Source of the DNA: Perkinsus chesapeaki ATCC PRA-425
Taxonomy: Eukaryota; Protista; Perkinsozoa
Assembly (NCBI GenBank): GCA_013115145.1
Contig: JAAPAO010000154.1
Location: forward strand, 1 to 60,539
Reading direction: 5' to 3'
DNA: 60,539 nucleotides
Shown: in pieces, positions 1 through 11,567 of the stretch
Layout of the letters: each line of letters starts with the position of its first letter
How positions within the stretch are numbered: position 1 is the stretch's first letter
Position numbers and translations under genes: made by a program
The notes under the pieces: model-generated
What the model was told of the DNA's origin: nothing
The model's input: only the letters and a program-made list of their open reading frames with translations
Databases searched by the model: none

Positions 1-3000
1 TCCACTTCCTCATTACATTTATATATTATTTTTATGCCTCCACTTCCTCATTACATTTATATATTATTTTTATACCACTTTCTCATTAAATTTATATACT
101 ATTTTCACGCCGCTTCCTCCCCACTCTCCCTCCCCCTTACTTGCTCTTTGTACTGCATTTAGCCTCTTTCCCATAGATCTCTTCCAACTTCTTCCGTTCA
201 ATTTCATTCTTCTCCTCCAACTTCTTTATCTCGCTCTCAAGCTAATGCCACCCCACTCCAATCGATACTCTCCCATCCCCCACCCTCGGTAGCTCAACTT
301 CCTCCATTTCTTTAGCGTCGTCCTGCAGCTTCTCTGCTTTATTTTCATTAGTAGTAATTTCCTTATTAGTCTTCTTGATCTTATTCTCGCGAGTCCTGTC
401 AATCCATCACCGTCACTAATGGCAACAGACTCACTTCAGATCCTCCTTGGCTTTAGTATACTGCCTATCGAGCTCGTCGTATTTCCTCCTCAGTTTATCA
501 GCCTTCCCCGTGATCTTAGCGCAGGCTTTCTCCTCTTTCTTGCACTCTCCTTCGGCTTCCTTGACCTTCTGATTAGCCCTGAGCAGATACAAGTGCAAAT
601 AGAACACTCGAGTCACGAGGTTTAGGACTCCAAATTTAAACCGTAGAGCCCCAACATATCCACAAATATGAGCTATATTATACGGCCCACAATGGTTTCA
701 CCTACTCTAATGAACGCCTCCTCATGTGATGGATTCTACTGGAAATCAACAATTCCCCCGAGCTGAGCCGCGGACGACTCGAATGCCTTTGACGAGCCAG
801 ATAGTTTTGAGACCAACAGCTTAGTAAGTCTGGCACTATACTAGATGGATTGCTCTGACCAGTTTTCTTCATAAGCGTCAACCCTGTGGCCCACTGTTCT
901 ATTTCTTCCATCATCTCCTTTAACGCTTCTGCTGCCTCCTTCCTCTCTACCTCAGCTTCTTGACGTCTCTTATCTGCCTTACCTCTGTTATATTGGACCA
1001 ACTTAGCCTTAGCCCCAATTAATTTACATTGAACCCTGACAACGCAGGGAAAATACAGCCCGACGCAATGAAATAGAATATTTCGTATTTTATCGATTTC
1101 TCACTCAATATCAAGCGTCGTGATATGAAATTTTAAACATGCCAAGTGTCAAATTAAGCCCGGCTTTATCCGTTTCCCAGCTTCGGAAAACGAGGTAACC
1201 GTGCTGAAATCGAACGGAAGTCAAACAAAGATGGCGGAGCGACTCAACAGGGCCGAGAGTCCACTAATTCTTATGTGGAAGGGCGTCTTCTTCACGTTAC
1301 CATTGGAATTTATCGAGCGAGACAAATATTCTGCCGAGGTTCGTCGTAGCGGAGCGACGCCAATTCATTCCTTCTTACTTAACGTATTTCATCGCCTCCC
1401 TCTTTGGCCCCTCCAAAGCCACCACGTCCTTGTGGGCAGCGTTCACCCTATTCAAATGAAGGTTTCTTTCTTCAACGAGCCTGTTCATTTCTTCAGTTGA
1501 CTTCTCAATATCAGAGATAAACCTGTACAAGAGGACCTATGTATAGCCATTTCAGTATGCTGTCAAGATACACCAATTACGGAAAGTCCATCCTCCTACA
1601 AGTCCAGATTCCTCATATGCACTATAAAAGAGTTCTAGTCTGCACACTGATTTCTGGGAAGCAACGAGCAAAGCTCCAGCGGTTACACTTCTGATCCGAT
1701 AATTTCCTCCAGGAATTCCAGGAACCCCGGCTGGCTAGATTCCCCTTTCGGTTTCATCATGGCAATCGACTCGACTTCACCTTGCAAAATCAGAAACCTG
1801 CACCACAGCGCTCAACAAGAAGTTCCGCAACATCAACTGACCTGTTATGATCTAAATCAATCCCGTATCCCCGCAAACGATCTCCGACCTCTGTCCAGGA
1901 CGACGTACGGTCATCTATCGCATATCTATGGATGAGATAAAAGATAGAACGGTAAAGCAGAGTGGCTCCCGGCCATCTCGAAGTTGAACCCGTTCCCCTA
2001 TGCGATCTAAACAATATGACTGCCACCACAAGCTCAGACTGAGCTCGAGTCGCGAGAGGCTGAGCTCCTTAGGTCAGGAAATATCCTCAGCGCAACACTT
2101 CCAATTCCAGTGGCATGTATCATACATCATGTACGTGAATATGTATGTGTATTGGACGAATGAAGCGTCATACTGTTGTTAGGGCCTAACTGCTGCCAGC
2201 AGCCTGCTGGTGATCCGGGGGAGGGATGTCATCCTAGAGATGGTAAATGCCTGATTTTTGTGCCAATTGTACTGAGTTCGAATGAGTTCATTTTCCGATC
2301 GAACAGACCTTTCACGGACTGTGGACCACATTACATCTCTTAAACAACCCGACGGTTTACTGAATGCTTTCGCAACCCGGAGTCCATAACGGCTAGTAAC
2401 TTCGGTATGGACTGATTCGCATCTCACTGGACTACCTTTCAATACAGTTCCCTGCAATTGATTGCTCGCTCTAGCAGAACAAAAATTTCAAAAATACGCA
2501 GTTCTGCTGAATGCGAAATGCCAGTTTATCAACCGTCTTCCCGATGATATATGCGGGCAGTTTGGTGATGATCTGTCGGACCAATACTCTCAAGTCTGAG
2601 TCGTCGTTCTGGTAGACGCTGGTGTATAGATTTTGAACACATATCACAGCTTACAGGAAGACCTCGACACACCGGATGCCACTGAACTTCAAGTGTGGCA
2701 GACGATTGCTTTAGTCCGCCTTGAGAACAGATCCACGACAAAACTTCTGTCACAGATTCTTGAGATTAGTGTGTGAAAGACCGTGCTCTTAGAGTACCAC
2801 TCTAGTTGTGCTCGTGAATCCGAGCTGCCCGTGTCGCCTCGACTTGTACAGCGCGAATGCAGGTGAGGGTAGATAGGAATACCAGAGACTCATAATCAGA
2901 TGGACCATCAGTCGATCGTCACATATAGTTCGCGACTGTTGCATCCGCTAAAGTGGACTTGATAGTATCATTGTGCGACACTATTATTATCATGATAAGC

Positions 3001-4870
3001 TCGGCTCGAACCGTTCGATACTTTGTCGACGACACTGCAAGCCAGCGTGCAGGTCCCGCATGGCGTACATTGCATGCTCTCATCCTGCAGCTGTTATCGG
3101 TTGATGAGGGAGTCGTGTCGTTGAATGTCAACTATAGTGTGTAGCACCGAGATGCGATATGCACCCTCAGTGCGGGAAATGGAGCTAACAGATCTGTCAA
3201 CCACTGCGGCAGCGGCACTGCTTCAGGTTCGGCAATTCGTGTGTCGAGGAAGCCAACTTGGATGAGGATCTCAGTTCTCTCGTCAGTCGAATGATGACCG
3301 GCGATGGTTCTGGTATGTCTCTCGGCCGGGAGAGAAGATACAACGGAGGGATTCGCCGGTTCCCCGCCTAACGGCTACGAGTCATAACTCAAGTTGACCT
3401 CGAGAGTTCGGTGCGAGCATCAAGCGTTACCACATTAACAAGTGCTGTTGGACGATGAAAGACGAGGATACAATTGTGAAAATGAAATTCCAGGCTTTAA
3501 TGGCTGCAAATTTGGTGGAACGTCAACTGCTCCGACGGCACGTATACAAAAACATCACATGCATCAAGGTAGCAGATATCAGCTGCTACAGCTGAAAAAC
3601 GCCGAGCCAACGTGTATAGTTCACACTACAAAGTATGCAAACGAAACCGGTCTCAGATTACAAACCCCATTTCCCGCAATATGTTCAAGTTCGTTACGAT
3701 CCTATGATGAAAATCCACACGCTAAGACCATTAAAAAAATCGGCTTACTTGCTAGAACTATTAGCGAAGCATTCCCGAGATATCGTGAAAGCCGATCCTG
3801 CTATCTCTTGACCATCCTCATTATTAACCTCGGCAAAGCTTATCTTAACCTGAGGATACCTCATTGCTCCCCCGCCATGTCTTCGGCCTCACCCTCGCTC
3901 GATCCGGCCTCTCCCCGCCAGCATTGTGGATGAGCTCCGACAACTTGTTCTGACGGATTTGTTTTGCTTTTTTGCCAAATACGAAAAGCATCGCATCGAT
4001 GATATTGGATTTGCCCGAGCCATTCGGGCCGACGATCACGGAGAAGTTGTTCGAGAAATTCCCGATGTGTTTCCGACCTCCGTAGGACTTGAAGTTCTCC
4101 AAAACCTGCAGCAATCAATCCACCCGGGTTCGATTCTCGGACTTTACATGAAATATACATAAGAATGATTCTATAGATATGGTACACTGAAATTTAAGGT
4201 TGATGCTTGTGTAATATGCTAAACTGTTCTGTATCCCGGCTCGTGAGAGCTAGAGGCGATGAGGCGATGTCACACGCTATGTCTTTAATACTTGCATTGT
4301 GGAGGCATTCTAGATGAACTGTCATCCCAGTAGTAAGGTTGTCATACTAAGATACCAAACTGCGTTTAGTATAAGCAGTATGAATCTCGAAAAAATATCA
4401 AATAATTTCCCCTATCTCTTATGATAGATATGACCGATACGGGCCACCTTGCCTTGAAGTAGATTGGCATCTCCACCTACGAGATATTTCCTATAAAATT
4501 TGAACCTCCAGAAAAAAGTTTTCTCGACGAGCCCCCTTTAATGATCCGGAAATATTCAATTTTCTCCAGTAGACTCACTATGTCTCTAATAACCAACCGC
4601 TTGAAGTCCCCTTTTCCCATCTTCTTCTTCTTCGCCATCGGCTCATACACTGCAGCAGTGCTCGGCGCGGATCTCTTGGGTGGGGTCTCGGGAGCAACCT
4701 TAACCAAGAAAACTTACAAACTCGGAAGACCTCTCGGCGCAGTCCCCTTAAAAAGTGATCTGAGGCCTTACTTGCTGAACAACATTATTAATATCCTTTC
4801 CAGCCTGATTGAGATTCAAATCTCCTTCCTTTCTGCTCTGGCTGTCGTCTGGATCTCCAGTAGGTCGCAT
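1..4870 (-). CDS. SMC4: Condensin subunit SMC4, multi-exon, 3' part continues beyond the left edge of the window
   Basis: Spliced GT-AG exons give RLVIRDI|VLENFKSYGG...IVGPNGSGKSNIIDAMLFVFG (Walker A, 3893-4105), VKISFAEV...FTISRECFANSSSK (3749-3849), YAIDDR...GIDLDHN|RFLILQGEVESIAMMKPK...FLEEIIG (about 1690-1925), then coiled-coil exons at 1360-1525, 900-1000, 420-580 and 140-340. The start ATG at 4870 is the most plausible one, not certain. Confidence 0.92.
2..105. repeat. 35-38 bp AT-rich tandem repeat, about 3 copies, in an SMC4 intron
   Basis: Unit CCACTTCCTCATTACATTTATATATTATTTTT starts at 2, 40 and (degenerate) 75. Confidence 0.8.
1926..3748 (-). mobile_element. 1.82 kb insertion-bearing intron of SMC4, possible decayed retroelement
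   Basis: Donor GTAAGC at 3748 and acceptor CATAG at 1926 join SSSK|YAIDDR in frame. The intron holds broken minus-strand ORFs with weak RNase H-like words (VRAEL, VQWHP, GKTVDKLA). Confidence 0.3.
4119..4148 (+). pseudogene. tRNA 3'-half-like fragment (T-arm), antisense, at the 3' end of an SMC4 intron
   Basis: CCGGG-TTCGATT-CTCGG forms a fully paired T-stem (one G.U), followed by 7 nt plus A (ACTTTAC-A). Confidence 0.5.
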
Positions 4871-4945
4871 TTGTTTCTGGAAGTTGAGATTGAAGAAAAT
4901 AAGATATCCCACCTTTCGCTGCGAGACCCTCGTAATGCAGCCTGC

Positions 4946-5012
4946 CTTTTCCACATTCCCGATAGTATCTTTTCGTGGGCCACGTAAAGATACTACCGGG
5001 AATGCGGAAAAG
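4946..5012 (-). other. 32-bp-arm imperfect inverted repeat (hairpin) about 75 nt upstream of the SMC4 ATG
   Basis: CTTTTCCACATTCCCGATAGTATCTTTTCGTG-GGC-CACGTAAAGATACTACCGGGAATGCGGAAAAG; 29 of 32 positions are Watson-Crick. Confidence 0.85.
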
Positions 5013-5204
5013 CTCCTAGTTATGTGACCACGGTTATCCCGCCATTAGAGGTTTTATAAGTTTCTTATAGGTTTCATTCCATGGTATCCCAAATATCACA
5101 GTGGCTCAGAATACAACCAACCACCGCACTTTAAAGAATTTCTCCCATTAAATTCCTAGGTCACTGTTTGGAAGTTTTGCTCGACTGTCGCGGTAGACGA
5201 GCTC

Positions 5205-7211
5205 TCAAATTTCCGAAGCACTACACCAATCACTCCTGTCAGTGGTCGGATGCCCCGAGACTGCCACTCCACGAGAATTTCTCACAATTTTGTCATCTGA
5301 TATATTCTGGCCGTTGATGTCAGGTTGCCCATTTTCTTTATCACCCATTTCATCATAGACTCGAGGATGTTCCTCCATCACCTAAATAGAGAAACTTTTA
5401 CTAGGCCACTTTAGCTTAGTGGTAGAGCGTCTGCTTCGTAAGCAGAAGGTCGTCAGTTCAATCCTGGCAAGTGGCTTTATAGAAATACTCACTTTGTCGG
5501 CTGCTTTCTTCAACCGCGTTGGCATGGATGGTACAAACAACTGAACGGTTGCCCCTTGGGAAGTTCTCCTCAGCCTTCCCCAAAAACACCACACTGTTCT
5601 CTACGACCATGCTGTTCACTCGTTGGTAATGTCACCATGTCCGACTGATACTTCAACAGAAGGCCTCGAAGGAAGAGAGACCGAATCAAGACTAACACTA
5701 TCAGAACTGTCGGCATCCACCACTGCTGATGCGTTCGATTTACGAGCGATTCCTGAAGATAATGCGGTCCGCGAGGTCGACCATCCCTCACCAGCCGCAC
5801 TAGCTGCTGTCCCACATGCCAGAGCAGCTACTCCTATCACTAGGTGGTGGTACTTGACTATCCAATCCCACCACGAGGGATGATGGTGATACTCGTACGG
5901 CGGTTGACGGACAAACGGTACACGGCATGGCCAATCCCATTGACAGCGGTCACTTAGAAACTAATAGAGCAGCGATTGCGTCATGTCACTTGATATTTGG
6001 ACTTGGCGAATATAAATTATATCTCTTCTATTCATTTCATTGCAAGTAATTCATGAATTTTATTACGAACCAGCCAGAGGCGAACTGCAGTAATGAAGCA
6101 GTATATGGTGCGAAATAATTAAAGTAAAATAGGGATATAGGAATAATAATATGGAGGAGTAGCAGTATGATAGATATGGCCAGTAATATCGGAGATGACA
6201 TATTCGGCAACGTGGGATATCTACTGTGCCACAAGGGATACCTGCTACCTCTTTTTCCTTATAACCTCTACAGCTGAGATCCTGTATCGGAAAACACGGT
6301 CCTCCTCCCTCGTAGGGGTCATCAGCCTCGCACTTGAACCCACACTTCCCCATATATACGGACCTAACTGTCAAATCCCCTCAGACACCAACAGGGGCTT
6401 CACCTGTGCCACCCTATAGGGCACATATCATAGTTTGGAATGCATTTCCGTGGAGCAGGCATCGGCTCTTTGAACCACGCGGATGGATCCTGAGCAACGC
6501 CTGAAACAATTCCCGGAGACATAGATACCCTAATGAAGGTTCAATTTGAAATAGTGGAGTACTATGTAGTTCTTAGTATCGAGTAATATAATGGTCTTAA
6601 TTACGGACATCATATGGAAGGCATTAAAGATGAAGTATTCCTGCTGACTCAGCAGAAATGGTGAAGTAATACTCCGCAGTGCTGAGTATCACTCCACTAT
6701 TTCTATGATGAGGGTTAGCTGCCCCTAAGATGTCTATTTGGCTTGAGTTAACAGCATCCTAAACTCGAGGGAGAGGCCACACGATAGGAGATTCGACACA
6801 GCAATAGTGCTCTCCGGTTCCCTGTTGTAAAGTGACTTTCCGAAAGCCTCACTGAACCTGCCGCGTGGGGAGGCATGCCCATCTCCTATATCACCTTCCC
6901 TTGACTGGCCATCTCATTGGCCCATCTCTCATAGTCATGATTCTTGCCAAACACCTCCGACGATGCCCTCTGCATTATCTCGCCATTCCTATACCCTATC
7001 TCTTGCACTTTATGGATCATCTTCAGAAATAGTGCATTAGGGTCCACAGGAAGAGCTTCATGTGCGATATGAAGGACAGAGAACAATCCCATGCCACGAG
7101 ACCGACCGCACTGCTACCCACCTCGGTGACAACACCACTCTCGACATCATTCTGAGAATCGCAATTTGAATAGGACCTCATACACATTCGTTTCGGACTC
7201 GCACAAGTCAC
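5205..7211 (-). CDS. Hypothetical multi-exon protein, probably with a transmembrane segment; boundaries uncertain
   Basis: Terminal exon VMEEHPRVYDE...SASEI* (5205-5381) joins exon RTVWCFWGRLRR...KAADK (5493-5600) by a GT-AG intron. Further exon-like blocks lie at about 5820-5960 (hydrophobic LVIGVAALACG), 6250-6500 and 6770-7090. No family recognised. Confidence 0.4.
5405..5476 (+). tRNA. tRNA-Thr (anticodon CGT)
   Basis: GCCACTT/AAGTGGC acceptor stem, D-arm AGCTTAGTGGTAGAGC, anticodon arm TCTGC-TTCGTAA-GCAGA, T-arm GTCAG-TTCAATC-CTGGC; 72 nt. Confidence 0.95.
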
Positions 7212-7433
7212 CGAGAAAGCCTTTCATCAGCAAGGTGTTCTAGAGGCTTCAAATGAAGCTTTACTCGGTGTATGCCTAGGTTTACCATCTCCAATGAAAA
7301 TACCTCCTGACGCTGCGCATAGCCCTCACATTGCGCTTACAAATTAATATAACAAAAATCACATGATATCACTGAAACACTTGTAAAAGTACATGTAAGC
7401 AGAAACACCAACCCCGCTCTTCCACTTTCCGAA

Positions 7434-8069
7434 TCACTCCTCGCCTCCAATCAAAAGACCCTCAGCGTCTCCGTCATGGGACATCATCTCCTGAGCCTCC
7501 AACTCAGCCAGTCGCCTTGCCTCTCGCTTCTTCAGTCGAATTCTCTCCCGTTCATCGTCGACCACCTTCCACGCCTCCTGGAGCTCGGCCCATTCATATT
7601 CGAGACGCCTCCGGTAGCCAATAGCCATCTCCTTGGCCCTGAAATTAATTCATTTACACTAAAAACCCATACCGCTCTTTTCTAAAGTTCTATCCAATGC
7701 GTTAATGCCCTACCTGTCAAATCCCCACTGGCCGACTCTGAAATAACAGCTGCAGTTAACAAAGTAATTGTGCTCATAACAACGTCGTTTGAACTGGACC
7801 CTCCACGAGCCACTCGGATGCCACCGAACACCTACGACCAAAAAGTGCGACTCTGATAGAACAGCTAACCCGCCCGGCTCGGATTGCGCGATGAGCCCAC
7901 CTCTGACTCCACAGAGGTATTTCGTCCATTCAACCTGTTTTATTAATTCCCGTGATTCATTAGTGCCTGAAACGTTCGAAAAGTTGGCAGCAACCACCTC
8001 ACCCTTCCAACCTGCTCGGAACATCCTTCTAATATAACCGCTGGCCATTACACTCTTCGGGATAGCCAT
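7434..8069 (-). CDS. Hypothetical protein, C-terminus weakly RAP-domain-like; 5' end uncertain
   Basis: ORFs 7710-8069 and 7434-7628 join by a short GT-AG intron (...QWGFDR|AKEMAIGYRRRLEYEWAEL). SHF and YEWxEL words resemble the RAP consensus. Confidence 0.4.
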
Positions 8070-8622
8070 ATACGATATTGGCCTGAACGATAATTCACAA
8101 TCGACCTTGAAAGCCGAAAGAGGCTCCGTGTCTCACAGGCGACCGAGAGCCAATGAAATTTTCAGTCGTCGAACTTCGAGTCATTCGGATGTCAGGAAAT
8201 CTGGAGCCTCCACACTGGAGCCGCACAAACAAAAGCCCCCGTGAATGAAACGACTAAGAATGGAATAGTAGTGCAGTATCGCTTCGCTGAGAGCAATAGC
8301 TGAACACGCAGTTCACTTCGATAGAGCATTTCGAGCAGTACGATGTCTCTCGAGTCTCTCGATGAAGACACTATGATAGTGTATGGGTGATGCTAATATG
8401 ACTAAAATGTGTGTTATGTATCTCCATCTTCATGACTGCACATATGGTTAGTGCTTATGCAGCGCATGAAGACCATCGTATCGTACGGCAGCGTGTGGTC
8501 TACCAAAGTCCGTTTCTGTTGTTTAACTATCGTCATGGGTAGACGGAAAAGTTGAACGATTCAACTTGAACTAGCAAAGCAGATTCGCCTAAACTCGATC
8601 ACCTCGCCACCTGGCGGGTTAT

Positions 8623-9133
8623 TTAGGCGTTATGACGGAAGCGTTCCGGAATCTCAACCGTAGTGTTTAACATCCGTAGGTCCACTAGTAACCATACCAC
8701 ATCATCGTTGTCTTCGTCGATCCTTCCTTTTGACTTGCCGAAGCACGGGGAGATCCTCATGTTAGGCGTAACGTCTGCTTCCTTCCAGTTCCCAGCAGGC
8801 AAATCCTCGCGAAGTTTGCCCAGCACACCAGGCACCAGCCCAGCCGGGATACTGTATGGAGTTTGACATCGGTAGGGGGTCTTGCGGTAGAACTCCGGGA
8901 AATCGGAGCCTAGACACGGGAGTTCCTTGATGAGCTCCCGTATCCACCGTGAGTAAAGCTGAGGCCAGACACCCCTCCTTTATGTTTGCTGGAAAACGCT
9001 TCACTGACGAGGTATCCGGAAGCTCTTTTATTATGCCACATACCGTTACATGACAGACTGATTGTGGCCTGCGATCCGACTTTACAAGGAGAATAGCGAC
9101 ACAGAGGTCCTCAGCCTGGAGCGTGTAGTCCAC
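8623..9133 (-). mobile_element. Decayed LTR retrotransposon pol fragment (aspartic protease plus start of reverse transcriptase)
   Basis: LLTVDTGA retropepsin-like motif in ORF 8762-9133, then frameshifted ISPCFGKSK...WLLVDLRMLN in ORF 8623-8835, resembling the Ty3/Gypsy RT motif SPxxxxxKK...RLxVDYRxLN. Confidence 0.55.
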
Positions 9134-10022
9134 AAGAGTCTTGTGAGACCTTTTATGTATTGTCGCAAGTAACAGTTACTTGTAGTACACGTCTTAGTAA
9201 CTTGTGACAATACATCTGAGGTCTAATTTAAACCTTCTAAACACGCGTGACCGCGGCTTGGACCGTAGGTCGACGACAACTCGTCGTCGTAGTCGAAGAC
9301 GCGCAGAAAACACTGCCAAGTTTGCAGTGCCAACCGCCATGTAAAAGTGTTTTTAAGCTGTGAGAAACTAGCGAGTGGCAAGTTATTGGTGACCAATAAC
9401 CTTCTGACTGTCAGAAGGTAAGGACGAGACTCGCAGCAAAACTCATGCTGGACTGCAGACGCTTAGAGTCTGATCGTCTAAGCCTTAGACCAAGCTCAGC
9501 ACGGTAGATATCCTATCGTACTACGATAATCGTAGTATCCTCCTGAGTACGGCATTTCATACCTGGAGAATACGGGCTCGGGGCTTCTGGAAACCATTTT
9601 TGTTTTCACGGAAAAAACATACGGGCTAAACATCACCCCAGATCTACAACTCTCAGTTTTGGAATTCACGATAAATTATTTACCTCTACTGATCTGATCA
9701 GTCTGATCATTTAAAATGATGCTTACCGTTAGGCAACAAAGCGTTCTATGCAAAATATAATATATGTTCACCACTGTATATACGCGCTCGTTTATATCAA
9801 ATGTAAAAGAATAGGAATACAATAAAGCGCATAAGAATAGGAAACGTCATCTAATTTAAAATTAGTAATCTTCGCATACCGTATTCGAGCCGTTATTACT
9901 TTGGGACATAATGCGTCTGATGATGCTGTAACAGTCGTCCTTTATGTGACCGTCTCTGTTTGACTCTTACTTTCATCCCCCTAGAATGCAACATGCCAAA
10001 ACAGCAACAACAGCTAACACTA

Positions 10023-10817
10023 CTACCTGCTCTGCCCAACCGCTGCACTGAGAAGACCACCCACGGCTGGCAACTGCCACAGACTCGGGCGAAGTATACC
10101 CAAGACGGCTAGAGCCATTATATACAATTGGATTCCAGAAATTCTGCTCAATGACTCATCAACACAACACCAATGTTTTTCATTGCGAACATATAACCGA
10201 AGCCAATAAACGCGGCAGTAAGTGGGACCAACTATTTCTGACCAATATGTCATGCCTCGGAACTTGTAGAAATGAATAGATCCTGAGAGCGAGAAGCAGG
10301 TGCCCTACTGCAGGGCATCCGAAACAGCGAAAAAAACTAGTGCTATCCTTGATTTAATGTATGCCGAGTGACTTGACTCAAGTGTTACACTCGAATACTA
10401 TTCGTCATTTAGTATACTATTACTCCCTTGTCCACCTATCCTGAACACCTTTCTGGGCACCTTCCTCCTAAATATGGCTACCGCTGCATATAGCACCCTT
10501 CGCAATAGGCGTGTATGCCTTTGATCTGAGGAGAAGACAGTACTTACTCCAATTTCATACTATGGAACCAACGTCCAGTAACAATCACAAAGCTATGATT
10601 CATAACTGTTACTCCACGTACGCGGTCCCCATGGGACCGTCCAAGCCCCTCGATTTTTCATACCCCGATTTTCACAGTTGTCATTGATTGCTAATCGGTA
10701 ATGCCAATTAATCAGCGCTAGCTTGCGCACCAGCCTGCTGCCACCAGGTGCACTGCACCTGTTATCACGAGGAACAAACATTGTTTTTTCATCGAGTTTA
10801 TAAAAGAATACAATCAC
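10023..10817 (-). CDS. Possible multi-exon hypothetical protein
   Basis: Exon-like blocks with GT-AG flanks at about 10030-10250, 10430-10530 and 10600-10810; hydrophobic C-terminal block; no family recognised. Confidence 0.25.
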
Positions 10818-11141
10818 AAAGTATGGACAACTAAATCACAATTTGCACTACTCTGTCATTACTGCAATGTCGTTGACACTATGTCGAGGATGGCGGGAGC
10901 AACGGCCTCATATCTTGCGTCCCAGGCTGGGACTATCAGTGACCACGAAGTTGGTGACAACGTCGTCATAATAAATTCTACAACTATACGACTTACGAGG
11001 ATTGACGAACCTCGTGTCAGTGATTCAAATCCCGGAGCATGATATCGAGCGAGTGCATGTGCTTAATAGCGTGTACGCACTGACGGTTGAATTTCTTCAC
11101 TCTGATAAGCTTCAGTCTACAAACAGATATAAAATTCATGC

Positions 11142-11567
11142 TCATTGCACAGATGATTTCATCATCCAACTATCTAGATATTCATACCACGGTGTATGAG
11201 GGATTAGCGTGTCCGGCGTTGAGAGTACTCTCGTGCCGTCCCTTGTGAACTTGCCTTCGCCTCAGGGTTGGATGAGTAACACTTTGTCGCCAACACTGAT
11301 GTCTCGGAAAATCAAAATGTACTCTGACTCCTCTTGAGTCTTTGTGATTATAGCGAAGACTTTACCGGTCGCCTCGTCCACGAAAAGCAAGAACTTGTCG
11401 TATGTAATGTCTGCTAGCGTTCGCTCGCTGGGCCTCTACGACCTGAACTTACACAGACATTTCGCGGAACGGGCCTGAAATTCAGGCCGCCTGATATATC
11501 CGTCGCTTCTTTCCAGATATGGAAATACAATGACGCTTATCGCCAGATGATAACCAGCTAGATGCAT
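11142..11567 (-). pseudogene. 142-codon protein-like frame interrupted by two in-frame stops
   Basis: MHLAGYHLAISVIVFPYLERSDG...KFRS*RPSERTLADITYDKFLLFVDEATGKVFAII...LLIQP*GEGKFTRDG...; TAG at 11436-11438, TGA at 11262-11264. Confidence 0.3.

Noticed and set aside
1926-1976. Apparent non-canonical AT-AG 51-nt intron in SMC4
   Set aside because: The true upstream exon is 3749-3849 with a canonical GTAAGC donor, so this is only the 3' end of the 1.8 kb GT-AG intron.
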